Below are positions 23,844 to 33,082 of a stretch of 64,000 bases of DNA, one piece after another. The position numbers and the translations under genes are program-made. Position 1 is the stretch's first letter. Each line of letters begins with the position of its first letter. Source of the stretch: Chloroflexota bacterium (GTDB taxonomy: Bacteria; Chloroflexota; Limnocylindria; Limnocylindrales; CSP1-4); contig VBFG01000047.1 of NCBI GenBank assembly GCA_005882635.1, forward strand, positions 5,833-69,832, in the 5' to 3' direction. The notes under the pieces are model-generated. The model was not told the DNA's origin, made no database searches, and was given only the letters and a program-made list of their open reading frames with translations.

Positions 23844-26525
23844 TCAGACGGCGGCCGGATCGAGCTTCTTCGGATCCACCCCGAGGGCGGCGATCGTCTT
23901 CGACGCCTTGTCGGCCGGCATCGCACCACAGCGGACCAGCTCCGACAGCGCCGCCGCGGCGATGTGCGGCGGGTCGATCTCGAACAGGCCGCGGAGCGCC
24001 TCGCGGGTATCCGACCGGCCGAACCCGTCCGTCCCGAGCGACACGTAGTACGGCGGCAGCCAGCGCGCGACCATGTCCGGCAGCGCCTTCATCCAGTCGG
24101 TCGCCGCGACGATCGGGCCGCCGTCGACGCCCAGCACCGCCGACACGTACGGCACCTTCGGCGTTTCCTTCGGGTTGAGCCGGTTGAACCGCTCCGCCTC
24201 GAGCGCGTCGCGCCGCAGCAGCGGGAACGACGGCGCGGAGTAGACCTCGGCCGCGATCCCGGCCTCCGACGCCAGCAGGTCCCGGGCGGCGATCACCTGC
24301 TGGAGGATCGCTCCCGACCCGACCAGCCGCGCTCGGTGCGCCTTCGGGCCGAGGTCCGGCGCCTCGGCGAACCGGTAGATTCCGCGGACGATGCCCTCGT
24401 CGACGCCGGCCGGCTTTTTCGGCTGCGCGTAGTTCTCGTTGTAGAGCGTGACGTAGTAGAAGACATCCTGGCCGTCGTGGTACATCCGCTCGACGCCGTC
24501 TCGGACCACCGCCGCCAGCTCGTAGGCGAACGCCGGGTCGTACGCCCGGAGCGACGGGATGGTCGACGCCAGGATGTGGGAGTGGCCGTCCTCGTGCTGG
24601 AGGCCTTCGCCGTTGAGGGTCGTCCGACCCGCGGTCGCGCCCATCATGAACCCGCGGCCGCGGGCGTCGGCGAGCTCCCAGATCTGGTCGCCGGTCCGCT
24701 GGAACCCGAACATCGAGTAGAAGATGTAGAACGGGATCATCGGGAAGCCGTGGGTGGCGTACGACGTCGCGGCGGCCTGGAGCGACGCCACCGAGCCCGC
24801 CTCGGTAATCCCCTCCTCGAGGACCTGGCCGTCGACCGCTTCGCGGTACGACAGGACGAGGTCCGAGTCGACCGGCTCATAGCGCTGGCCAAGCGCCGCG
24901 TAGATCCCGACCTCCTTGAAGAGTGGGTCCATGCCGAACGTCCGGGCCTCGTCCGGGATGATCGGCACGATCCGCGGCCCGAGCTCCTTGTCCCGGATGA
25001 GGTTCCGCAGGATCCGGGTGAAGACCATCGTGGTCGAGACGGCCGTCTCCGAGCCGCCGGAGAACTCCGCGTCGACCGCCGCCGCCGGCTTCGGCAGCGG
25101 CGCCTTCCGGACGGCCCGCCGCGGGACGAACCCACCGAGCGCCTTCCGCCGCTCGCGGAGGTACTGGACCTCTTCGGAGTCCGGGCCCGGGTGGTAGTAC
25201 GGCGCGTCCTTGAGCTTCGCGTCGGGGATCGGCAGCTGGAGCCGGTCGCGGAAGATCTTCAGCTCCGCCTCGTTGAGCTTCTTCGCCTGGTGGGTGATGT
25301 TGCGGGCCTCGACACCGGGACCGAGGGTCCAGCCCTTGACGGTCTTGGCGAGGATCACGGTCGGTGCACCCTTCGACTCGACCGCGGCCTTGTAGGCGGC
25401 GTAGACCTTGCGGTAGTCGTGGCCGCCGCGGCGGAGCTTGGCGAGGTCGTCGTCCGACAGGTGCTCGACGAGCTTGCGCAGCCGCGGGTCGGGCCCGAAG
25501 AAGTGCTCTCGGATGTACGCCCCGCCGGCGACCGAGAACTTCTGGAACTCGCCGTCGAGGGTGTTGTTCATCTGCTCAACGAGGACGCCGTCGACGTCAC
25601 GGGCGAGGAGCTCGTCCCACTCGCGCGCCCAGATCACCTTGATCACGTTCCAGCCGGAGCCGCGGAACACGGACTCCAGCTCCTGGATGATCTTGCCGTT
25701 GCCGCGGACGGGACCGTCCAGGCGTTGGAGGTTGCAGTTGACGACGAACGTCAGGTTGTCGAGGCCCTCGCGGGCGGCGACGTGGAGCGCACCGAGCGCC
25801 TCCGGCTCGTCGGACTCGCCGTCGCCGAGGAACGCCCACACGCGTGAGCCAGACGTGTCGAGCAGCCCGCGGTTCTGGAGGTAGCGGTTATAGCGGGCCT
25901 GGTAGATGGCGCTGATCGGGCCGAGGCCCATCGACACCGTCGGGAACTCCCAGAATTCGGGCATGAGCCGCGGATGGGGGTACGACGACAGCCCCTGGCC
26001 CGGAACCGTCTCCCGCCGGAAGTGGTCGAGCTGGTCCTCGGTCAGTCGGCCCTCGAGGAACGCCCGGGCGTAGATCCCGGGCGCGGCGTGGCCCTGGTAG
26101 AAGACCTGGTCCCCCGCCCCGCCATCGTCCTTGCCGCGAAAGAAGTGGTTGAACCCGACCTCGTACAGCGACGCCGCCGAGGCATAGGTCGCGAGGTGGC
26201 CGCCGATCCCGGTGAAATGGCTGTTCGCCCGGAGGACCATGGCGACCGCGTTCCAGCGGATGATCCGCCGGATCCGGAGCTCGATCTGCTCGTCGCCCGG
26301 AAAGAACGGCTCCTGCTCCGGGCTGATCGTGTTGATGTACCGGGTCTGGGTCAGCGGCGGCAGCCCGACGTGGAGCTGGCGGGCCCGCTTGAGCAGCTTG
26401 TAGACGAGGAACCGGGCTCGACTCTCACCCTCCTGCGCGACGAGCTGGTCGAACGAGTCGATCCACTCCTGGGTCTCGGCCTCGTCGATGTCGGGGAGCT
26501 GGTGCTTGAATTCGTCGAAGGTCAT
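23844..26525 (-). CDS. aceE: pyruvate dehydrogenase E1 component, homodimeric type
   Basis: ORF 23844..26525, 893 aa. The N-terminus (ETQEWIDSFD...YINTISPEQEPFFPGDEQIELRIRRIIRWNA) and the ThDP motif region FLGDGESDEPEALGAL are typical of AceE. Confidence 0.95.
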   Translation of the reverse strand: MTFDEFKHQLPDIDEAETQEWIDSFDQLVAQEGESRARFLVYKLLKRARQLHVGLPPLTQTRYINTISPEQEPFFPGDEQIELRIRRIIRWNAVAMVLRANSHFTGIGGHLATYASAASLYEVGFNHFFRGKDDGGAGDQVFYQGHAAPGIYARAFLEGRLTEDQLDHFRRETVPGQGLSSYPHPRLMPEFWEFPTVSMGLGPISAIYQARYNRYLQNRGLLDTSGSRVWAFLGDGESDEPEALGALHVAAREGLDNLTFVVNCNLQRLDGPVRGNGKIIQELESVFRGSGWNVIKVIWAREWDELLARDVDGVLVEQMNNTLDGEFQKFSVAGGAYIREHFFGPDPRLRKLVEHLSDDDLAKLRRGGHDYRKVYAAYKAAVESKGAPTVILAKTVKGWTLGPGVEARNITHQAKKLNEAELKIFRDRLQLPIPDAKLKDAPYYHPGPDSEEVQYLRERRKALGGFVPRRAVRKAPLPKPAAAVDAEFSGGSETAVSTTMVFTRILRNLIRDKELGPRIVPIIPDEARTFGMDPLFKEVGIYAALGQRYEPVDSDLVLSYREAVDGQVLEEGITEAGSVASLQAAATSYATHGFPMIPFYIFYSMFGFQRTGDQIWELADARGRGFMMGATAGRTTLNGEGLQHEDGHSHILASTIPSLRAYDPAFAYELAAVVRDGVERMYHDGQDVFYYVTLYNENYAQPKKPAGVDEGIVRGIYRFAEAPDLGPKAHRARLVGSGAILQQVIAARDLLASEAGIAAEVYSAPSFPLLRRDALEAERFNRLNPKETPKVPYVSAVLGVDGGPIVAATDWMKALPDMVARWLPPYYVSLGTDGFGRSDTREALRGLFEIDPPHIAAAALSELVRCGAMPADKASKTIAALGVDPKKLDPAAV

Positions 26526-26532
26526 CGGTGCC

Positions 26533-26898
26533 TCAAGCAGGCTCGAGGCGGAGCGTCGCGTCGAAGATCTCCGGGTTCTGCATCGACTCGAAGCCTTCGA
26601 TCCCTACGTACTTCCTGCGAACCGCGGCCGTCGTCCGCTCGATCGAATCCGGATCCGTGGCGGGGATCGCGGTGGCCGGCAGGCGCCGGCCGTCGACGTG
26701 GACGGCGACCGCCGGATTGGCCGTCGCCTCGCGGTACCACCGGCCGGCCTTGCCCCGAACCGACCGGATAAAGACCTCGTCGCCGTCGACGACGAGCCAG
26801 ATCGTCGTCCGATGGGCCGGCCCCTCGGGTGGCTGGGTCTCGATGTCGACTTCCTCCGCCGTCCGCAGCCTGGCGAGGTCATCGCCGGAAAAGCTCAT
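26533..26898 (-). CDS. DUF2255-like small protein, apparently co-transcribed with aceE
   Basis: C-terminal 121 aa of ORF 26533..27123 (ATG 26898). TTIWLVVDGDEVFIRSVRGKAGRWYREA...RRKY pattern. Only 7 nt separate its stop from the aceE start. Confidence 0.65.
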   Translation of the reverse strand: MSFSGDDLARLRTAEEVDIETQPPEGPAHRTTIWLVVDGDEVFIRSVRGKAGRWYREATANPAVAVHVDGRRLPATAIPATDPDSIERTTAAVRRKYVGIEGFESMQNPEIFDATLRLEPA

Positions 26899-27121
26899 CG
26901 AGGCCAGCGTAGCCGATCGACCGGAACGCGGGGCAGGCGTTCGCCGGTGTGGGCGAACCGGCCACCAATTGATATGACGACGCAACGGTTCTGCAATGTG
27001 GGCCCGACCGACCGACAGCACGGCTCCGCCAGCCTTGGGTTCCACGCCGGCGATGACCGGCACGCCGACCGGGCCCATTCCGGCGGCCACGACAGACCCC
27101 CAGCCACATTGGAGAGCCCTC

Positions 27122-27349
27122 ATGACCTATGAAGAGCGCGACCGCGATACCGTCGTCGTAACGGACGACCGAAGCAGCGGAATGGGCGCGATCATCGGGA
27201 TCATCGCCATCGTGCTGCTGCTCCTCGCCGTGTGGTGGTTCGCCCTCGGGCCCGGCGGTTCGCCGTCGACGACGACGACCAACAACAACAACACGATCAA
27301 CCCGCCGGCCGCGCCTACCGAGCAGGCCCCGGCTCCGGCGTCCTCGTAG
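27122..27349 (+). CDS. small single-TM protein (75 aa)
   Basis: ATG 27122 after GGAGAG. MTYEERDRDTVVVTDD..GAIIGIIAIVLLLLAVWWFAL, then a Thr/Asn/Pro-rich tail. Confidence 0.5.
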   Translation: MTYEERDRDTVVVTDDRSSGMGAIIGIIAIVLLLLAVWWFALGPGGSPSTTTTNNNNTINPPAAPTEQAPAPASS

Positions 27350-27452
27350 TACGCGCTCCTGATGCGGCGGGCCGCCGAGTGATCCGTTCAGCGGACTTCG
27401 CGGCGGCCCGCCGAACCGTCACCATCCACAAATAGACCCTCGGAGGTGTTGC

Positions 27453-28268
27453 GTGGGAACCCAACCGCTCGTGCTCGTCGCGGATGACGAACCGCGAATC
27501 ACGAAGCTCGTCTCCATCGCCCTGAGCGAGGAGGGCTTCAGGGTCGTCACCGCGACCGGCGGTGAGGACGCCCTCGCCAAAGCTGAGGAGATCCGTCCTG
27601 ACATCGTCCTGCTCGACATCGTCATGCCGGACCTCGACGGGATCGAGGTCATGCGCCAGCTGCGCGAGCAGCGTCCCGTACCGGTCATCCTCCTCACTGC
27701 CAAGGGAGCCACCGCCGACAAGGCGAAGGGGCTCGACCTCGGCGCCGACGACTACATCGCCAAACCCTTCCATCCCGATGAGCTGGCCGCCCGCGTGCGG
27801 GCGGTGATCCGTCGCTCGACCGGCGTCGAGCCGGGCGCAGGTGTCGTCGCCTTCGACGACGTCGAGATCGACCTCGAGCGGCGGATGGTCCGTCGCGGGG
27901 GCGAGCTCGTCCAGCTGTCGAGGACGGAATGGCTGCTCCTCCAGCATCTCGCCACCCACCCCGGCAAGGTCGTCCTCCACACCGAGCTCCTGACCAAGGT
28001 CTGGGGGCCCGAGTACCGCGACGACCTCCAGTACCTCCGGGTCTGGATCAGCCGGGTCCGCCGCAAGCTGGGCGCGAAGCCCGGTGAGCCAGGCCGGATC
28101 CGGACGTTCCAGGGCATCGGCTACCTGCTCGACGTCGAAGGGACCGCCGGCGGCGGCGGCGGCGACGCGGCCGAGGAAGGCGATACCGACGACGCCGCGA
28201 TGGACGCGGGGTCGACGGAGCCGAACTCGGCGGCACCGAACGCGACGGAGCCCGCCAAAGTCGGCTGA
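27453..28268 (+). CDS. OmpR-family response regulator, KdpE-like, with acidic C-terminal extension
   Basis: Receiver domain VLVADDE..LLDIVMPDLDG..KPF. wHTH with KVWGPEYRDDLQYLRVWISRVRRKL..GIGYLL (KdpE-like pattern). About 40 extra Gly/Asp/Ala-rich residues at the C-terminus. Confidence 0.9.
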   Translation: MGTQPLVLVADDEPRITKLVSIALSEEGFRVVTATGGEDALAKAEEIRPDIVLLDIVMPDLDGIEVMRQLREQRPVPVILLTAKGATADKAKGLDLGADDYIAKPFHPDELAARVRAVIRRSTGVEPGAGVVAFDDVEIDLERRMVRRGGELVQLSRTEWLLLQHLATHPGKVVLHTELLTKVWGPEYRDDLQYLRVWISRVRRKLGAKPGEPGRIRTFQGIGYLLDVEGTAGGGGGDAAEEGDTDDAAMDAGSTEPNSAAPNATEPAKVG

Positions 28269-28269
28269 G

Positions 28270-28986
28270 TCAGCGCTTCCGCGTTCCTCGACGGCGCCCG
28301 TTCACCCGAACGGGCGCCGCTTCGTGTCCGGGGCCGGCGGCGGCGCCTGCGCTCGTCGCGGCGCCCGACAGGATGAGGTCGGCGAGCGCGTCGGCGACCG
28401 ACTGATCGACCTGCTCGCCGACCAGCGCCCGGTAGAGCATCCCGCCGTGCACGGCGTCGAGCACGAGGTCGAGATCGATGTCCTCCCTGATCTCGCCGCG
28501 CGCGATCTCCTCGCGGAGCCTCGCCTTCAGGCTGGTCCGGATCGGTTGGAAAACGTCGGCCCGGAAGCGGTTCCCGAGATCGGTCTCCTCGAAGAGCTCA
28601 TGGGCGATCGTCGGGAAGGCCGCCCGGAAGACCGAGTTCCGGACGAGCCCGAGGATGGTGCGGGCCGCTCCACGGACCGTCGATCCGAGCGTCCGATCGA
28701 CCTCGCGCGTCGCCTCGACCTGCTCGCTGGAGCCGCGAACCGCCACCCGGAGCGCGTCGAGGATCAGCGCCTCCCGGCTGGGCCAGCGCCGGTAGATCGT
28801 GGTCTTGGCGCTGCCGCTGCGGCGGGCGATTGCGTCAAGCGTCGTCGCATCCGCCCCGCCCTCGGCCAGCAGCTCGATCGTCGCCTCAAGGATCGAGCGA
28901 TCGGTGGCCGGCGGACGTGGCCGTCCGATGGGACGGGGGCTGGCGGGGACCCGGGACTCCAGGCTCACCTGGCCGCGATCGGGCAT
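28270..28986 (-). CDS. TetR-family transcriptional regulator
   Basis: Frame of ORF 28270..29064, start at MPDRGQ (28986). HTH is TLDAIARRSGSAKTTIYRRWPSREALI. Confidence 0.85.
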   Translation of the reverse strand: MPDRGQVSLESRVPASPRPIGRPRPPATDRSILEATIELLAEGGADATTLDAIARRSGSAKTTIYRRWPSREALILDALRVAVRGSSEQVEATREVDRTLGSTVRGAARTILGLVRNSVFRAAFPTIAHELFEETDLGNRFRADVFQPIRTSLKARLREEIARGEIREDIDLDLVLDAVHGGMLYRALVGEQVDQSVADALADLILSGAATSAGAAAGPGHEAAPVRVNGRRRGTRKR

Positions 28987-29093
28987 TGGACCATCCAACT
29001 CCCCTACGAAGGAGCATGCCGCGCACGACGAAGTTATGCTACCGGCAGTATCGCAATTCTCCAAGGAGACCGATTGCCTCGTTCCGCGATCCG

Positions 29094-29462
29094 ATGACCG
29101 ACCGGCCCGACCCCGACCTGACCGCGTCCAGGGCCCGCGAGTCCCTGGAGCCGGAGGAATCCGTCGTAGCCGAGCTGTCTGGCACCGGCGCCGTCCTGCT
29201 GGCGACGGATCGGCGGGTCCTGATCGTCCGTGATCGCGCCGGGTTCCGCCCGCGGAGCGGGATCCGGTCGTGGCCGTATGGCGACATCGTGTCGGTCTCG
29301 CTGTCCCGGCCGGTTCGCGGGCAGGGTGTCTTCGTCGTCCGATCGGGAACGTACCCGTGGCAGGCCGTGAGCGTGTTCTTCGCCTCGCAACTGCTCCCCG
29401 AGGCGGAGCGGGCGCTCGGCGCGATCCGGAGGCACCTCAGGCAGGACGCCGGGCGTCGCTGA
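29094..29462 (+). CDS. hypothetical protein, bacterial PH-domain-like
   Basis: ATG 29094 in ORF 28830..29462. VVAELSGTGAVLLATDRRVLIVRD....WPYGDIVSVSL pattern. Divergent from the TetR gene. Confidence 0.5.
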   Translation: MTDRPDPDLTASRARESLEPEESVVAELSGTGAVLLATDRRVLIVRDRAGFRPRSGIRSWPYGDIVSVSLSRPVRGQGVFVVRSGTYPWQAVSVFFASQLLPEAERALGAIRRHLRQDAGRR

Positions 29463-29642
29463 GGCGCCGAACCGTCCCGCTCACCTCCAAACCACCCTGC
29501 TCGGCCCAAACCGCCCGTTCGGCGCCCGAACATCCGTCACCCGCTTGCAATGCGGCCGCCCAACGCACGATTCAGGCCGTGACAGCGCCAGACGCACGCT
29601 GGCCTTCCGCCCTCGAGGCGGCACGGATGGGAGGCCATCGAT

Positions 29643-30035
29643 ATGACCTATGACGAACGCGTCGTCCGAACCGACGACGACCCCGCGAATGACAGTGGCA
29701 CCGTCGTTTCGCGCCGCGTGACGCGGACCCCGTCGGGCGGTGAGCTCGCCAGTCGGGTGGTGATGCTGCTGTTCGGGATCGTCCAGGTCCTGATCATCCT
29801 GCGGATCGTCCTGTTGCTCCTGAACGCGCGCGAGGGCAACGACCTCGTGGCGTGGATCCTGAACACGAGCCAGATCTTCGTGGCCCCGTTCAACGGCATG
29901 TTGAACGTCGACAACCTGAAGTCGGGCGGCTCGGTGTTCGACATCGCCGCCGTTCTCGCCCTGCTCGGCTGGTCGCTCCTCGAGGGAATCATCCTCGCCG
30001 CGGCCGGCATCTTCAAGCGCGAGGCGACGGTCTAG
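29643..30035 (+). CDS. YggT-like integral membrane protein
   Basis: ORF 29643..30035. Hydrophilic N-terminus, then RVVMLLFGIVQVLIILRIVLLLLNA...FVAPFNGML and a second TM. Confidence 0.6.
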   Translation: MTYDERVVRTDDDPANDSGTVVSRRVTRTPSGGELASRVVMLLFGIVQVLIILRIVLLLLNAREGNDLVAWILNTSQIFVAPFNGMLNVDNLKSGGSVFDIAAVLALLGWSLLEGIILAAAGIFKREATV

Positions 30036-30060
30036 GACACTCGAGCCCAGCGAACGACAC

Positions 30061-30098
30061 ACGACGGCGGCGCCCACCGGGTGCCGCCGTCGTCCTTT
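30061..30098 (+). terminator. intrinsic terminator
   Basis: ACGACGGCGGC-11 nt-GCCGCCGTCGT (perfect 11 bp) followed by CCTTTGC, 26 nt after the stop at 30035. Confidence 0.65.
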
Positions 30099-30100
30099 GC

Positions 30101-30106
30101 TAAGGT
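30101..30106 (+). promoter_or_regulatory. candidate -10 hexamer TAAGGT for a leaderless pncA mRNA
   Basis: TAAGGT ends 6 nt before the GTG at 30113. No Shine-Dalgarno sequence lies in between. Confidence 0.4.
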
Positions 30107-30112
30107 CACCGC

Positions 30113-30724
30113 GTGCAGCGGTACGACGCGCGGACGGCCCTCGTCGTGGTCGACCTCCAGAACGACTTCGCCGATCCGGCGGGCGGCCTCGCGGTCCACG
30201 GCGGCGCCAACATCGTCCCGATCGTGAACGGCGAGATCCAGTCGGCACGGGCGGCCAGTGCCTCGGTCGTATTCACCCAGGACTGGCATCCGGCGTCGAC
30301 GCCGCATTTCAAGAAGGACGGCGGGATCTGGCCCGTCCATTGCGTGGCCGGCACGTGGGGCGCGGAGCTCCATCCGCAGGTCGACGCCGCCGCCGCCGCA
30401 GCGGCGCCGCGCGTCCGAAAAGGGTCGAACGGCGAGGACGGCTACTCCGGGTTCACAATGCGCGATCCCGTCTCCGGAGAGACGACGCCGACCGAGCTGG
30501 AGGGACTGTTGCGGGAGGCCGACGTCGAGCGGGTCGTCGTGTGCGGCCTCGCGACGGACTACTGCGTGAAGGCGACGGCCCTCGATGCCGCGCGGCTCGG
30601 GTTCGAGACCGCGGTCCTGATCGATGCCGCGCGACCGGTCGAGCTCGAGCCGGGCGACGAGCAACGGGCGATCGACGAGATGACCGCGGCCGGGGTCCAC
30701 GCCTGGTCGACCCGGATGCGCTGA
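30113..30724 (+). CDS. pncA: nicotinamidase/pyrazinamidase (isochorismatase family)
   Basis: ALVVVDLQNDFADP, DWHP..HF, WPVHCV, and VVVCGLATDYCV (catalytic Cys context). Confidence 0.85.
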   Translation: MQRYDARTALVVVDLQNDFADPAGGLAVHGGANIVPIVNGEIQSARAASASVVFTQDWHPASTPHFKKDGGIWPVHCVAGTWGAELHPQVDAAAAAAAPRVRKGSNGEDGYSGFTMRDPVSGETTPTELEGLLREADVERVVVCGLATDYCVKATALDAARLGFETAVLIDAARPVELEPGDEQRAIDEMTAAGVHAWSTRMR

Positions 30725-30752
30725 CGGCCGCCGGCAGCCTGACCGACGACCC

Positions 30753-31640
30753 GTGCAGATCCACCTCGTGGACGCGACGTACGAGCTGTTCCGCGCCCAC
30801 TACGCGCCGCGACCGCCGGTCCTGGGCCGGGATCGGATCGTCCTGTCCGGCGTGTCGGGTCTGTGCGACCAGCTGCTCTACCTCCTGCGCGAGGAGGGCG
30901 CGACCCACGTCGGCTGCGCGACCGACCGCGTCATCGAGTCGTTCCGCAACGACCTGTTCCCGGCCTACAAGTCGTCGGTCGGCATGGACCCGTCGCTCCT
31001 CGCCCAGTTCCCGATCGCCGAGGAGGCGATCGAGGCGATTGGCGTCGTCCTCTGGCCGGAGGTCGAGTTCGAGGCGGACGACGCGATCGGCGCGGCTGCC
31101 GCCCGGTTCGCGGCGGACAGCGCCGTCGATCGGATCCTCATCTGCACGCCCGACAAGGACATGGCGCAGTGCGTCGTCGACGATCGGGTCGTCCTCCGCG
31201 ACCGGCGCCGGGCGATCACGTACGACCGGGCCGGGGTGCTCGAGAAATGGGGCGTCGAGCCGGCGTCGATCCCGGATTGGCTGGCGCTCGTCGGCGACTC
31301 ATCCGATGGCTATCCCGGGCTTCCGGGCTGGGGCGCGAAGTCGGCGGCCGCGGTGTTGCGCGTCTACGGCTCGATCGACGACATCCCGCCCAAGGCGAGC
31401 CAATGGGAGGTCCCGGGCCTGAGTGGCGCGGTCCGCCTGGCCGCCGTGCTGGCGGATCAGCATGACGACCTCGTCCTGTACCGGACGCTGGCCCGGCTGC
31501 GCCTCGACACCCCGATCCCACAGACCTCGCCTGCCGAGCTCGAATGGCACGGCGCGCCGCGGGCGACGTGGGAGGCGTTCTGCGATCGCTGGGGCCTGCA
31601 GCGGTTGCGCGCCAGACCGCATCGCTGGTTGGACGGGTGA
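30753..31640 (+). CDS. 5'-3' exonuclease / flap endonuclease family protein
   Basis: ORF 30753..31640. PIN-like N-terminus (IHLVDATYELFRA), CTPDKDMAQCV, and H3TH motif LVGDSSDGYPGLPGWGAKSAA. Confidence 0.8.
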   Translation: MQIHLVDATYELFRAHYAPRPPVLGRDRIVLSGVSGLCDQLLYLLREEGATHVGCATDRVIESFRNDLFPAYKSSVGMDPSLLAQFPIAEEAIEAIGVVLWPEVEFEADDAIGAAAARFAADSAVDRILICTPDKDMAQCVVDDRVVLRDRRRAITYDRAGVLEKWGVEPASIPDWLALVGDSSDGYPGLPGWGAKSAAAVLRVYGSIDDIPPKASQWEVPGLSGAVRLAAVLADQHDDLVLYRTLARLRLDTPIPQTSPAELEWHGAPRATWEAFCDRWGLQRLRARPHRWLDG

Positions 31641-31656
31641 CCGTTCGGGCGGTCGT

Positions 31657-32535
31657 TCAGGCGCGACCGGTCGCGAGGGCCCGGAGCCGGGGCTGGTGGG
31701 CCGGCGGCGCCGCGACGACGTTGGCCGTTCGCGTCGGCCGGGTCTGGTCGTACCAGGTCGAGCCGTCGAAGGCGGTCAGGGCGGCGCCCGCCCGCTCCGC
31801 GATCAGACCCGGCGCGGCAATGTCCCACGCCGACAGGCCGGTCTCCTGGATGAATGCGTCGAACCTCCCGTTGGCGACGTAGGCGAGGGCGAGCGATGCC
31901 GAGCCCATCGACCGCGAGACGCGGATCGCCTTGCGGATCGCCCGGGCCCGGCTGATCGCGGCGCGACCACCGAGACCCAGCGAGATCACGTAGTCCGACA
32001 GCTGGTCCTTCGTCGATGCGTGGATCGGCCGGCCATTGAGCGTCGGCGGGCCGTCCCAGGCGGCGGCGAACGTCTCGCCACGGGTCGGGTCGAAGACGGC
32101 GCCGGCCATCGGCCGGCCGTCGACGACGAAGCCGATCGCCACGCAGAAGACCGGCAGGCCGTTGGCGTAGTTGACCGTTCCATCGAGCGGGTCGATGACC
32201 CACGTCCGACCGCCCGGGTCGGCCGATCCATCGCGCCGGGCGGTGCTCGCGCCGCTGCCGTCCTGGCCGCCGGACTCCTCGGCGAGGATCGCGTCGCCGG
32301 GGAACCGCTCGCGGATCGCGCGGATGATCAGCTCCTCGGACAGATGATCGGCCTCGGTCACGACGTCCGTCGCGCTCTTGTAGCGGACCCGCTCGAGGCG
32401 CTCGTAGCGGTCCATCAGCACCCGGCCGGCCGCGGCGGCCGTTTCGATCGCGAACTGCAGCTCCGGCGTCCAAGCGGAGACCGCCGACACGCCAGCCTCG
32501 ACCCCGGTCGAGCTGGACGCGACGTCGCCCGTCAC
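31657..32535 (-). CDS. inositol monophosphatase family protein
   Basis: ILAEESG and WVIDPLDGTVNYANGLPVFCVAIG motifs. Confidence 0.85.
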   Translation of the reverse strand: MTGDVASSSTGVEAGVSAVSAWTPELQFAIETAAAAGRVLMDRYERLERVRYKSATDVVTEADHLSEELIIRAIRERFPGDAILAEESGGQDGSGASTARRDGSADPGGRTWVIDPLDGTVNYANGLPVFCVAIGFVVDGRPMAGAVFDPTRGETFAAAWDGPPTLNGRPIHASTKDQLSDYVISLGLGGRAAISRARAIRKAIRVSRSMGSASLALAYVANGRFDAFIQETGLSAWDIAAPGLIAERAGAALTAFDGSTWYDQTRPTRTANVVAAPPAHQPRLRALATGRA

Positions 32536-33029
32536 GGCCCGCTGCAGGTCACACTGAATGGCCGGTCGACGCTCCCGAACCGGGCTTCATGGTCGAACGT
32601 GATCGTCGCCCCCGCCGCGACCCGCGGGCTGTAGACGATGTCCGAATGGTCGATCCCGCGGTCCGCCGGATCCGACACACGGCAGGTCGCGGTCCCGGCC
32701 GTGGTCCCCTGGTTCGTGACCGAGATCGTCGCGACGATCAAGCCGTTCGTGCTGCCCGCGCGCATCTCCGTCACCTTCGACGTGAACGGCCCGATCCCGG
32801 CGACCGCGAGGTGGCCGGCGATCGCCAGCCCGGCGATCGCAACCCCCACGGCGAGGATCACCGAGCCGTGGACCTGCGAGCTCGCCGAGTCCTTGAGCCC
32901 GAGCGGGTTGCACCGCTCGCACAGGCCGACGTCGAGCGGGATCGGGGCGCCGCACCGGGCGCAACCGTGGGTCAGGATCGGCTGGCGGGGCGTCGGCTGG
33001 GCCGGGGTCGCGGGGATGGGCGAGGTCAT
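32532..33029 (-). CDS. zinc-ribbon / single-TM / small extracytoplasmic domain protein
   Basis: ATG 33029 in ORF 32532..33863. CARCGAPIPLDVGLCERC, TM VILAVGVAIAGLAIAGHLAVAGI, then an ~85-aa beta-rich domain with 2 Cys. Its stop overlaps the IMPase start by 4 nt. Confidence 0.65.
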   Translation of the reverse strand: MTSPIPATPAQPTPRQPILTHGCARCGAPIPLDVGLCERCNPLGLKDSASSQVHGSVILAVGVAIAGLAIAGHLAVAGIGPFTSKVTEMRAGSTNGLIVATISVTNQGTTAGTATCRVSDPADRGIDHSDIVYSPRVAAGATITFDHEARFGSVDRPFSVTCSGP

Positions 33030-33082
33030 CGCGAAGCGATGGTGCCATGGCCGCGCGATGAGGGCCACAGATGCCCCCGCGA

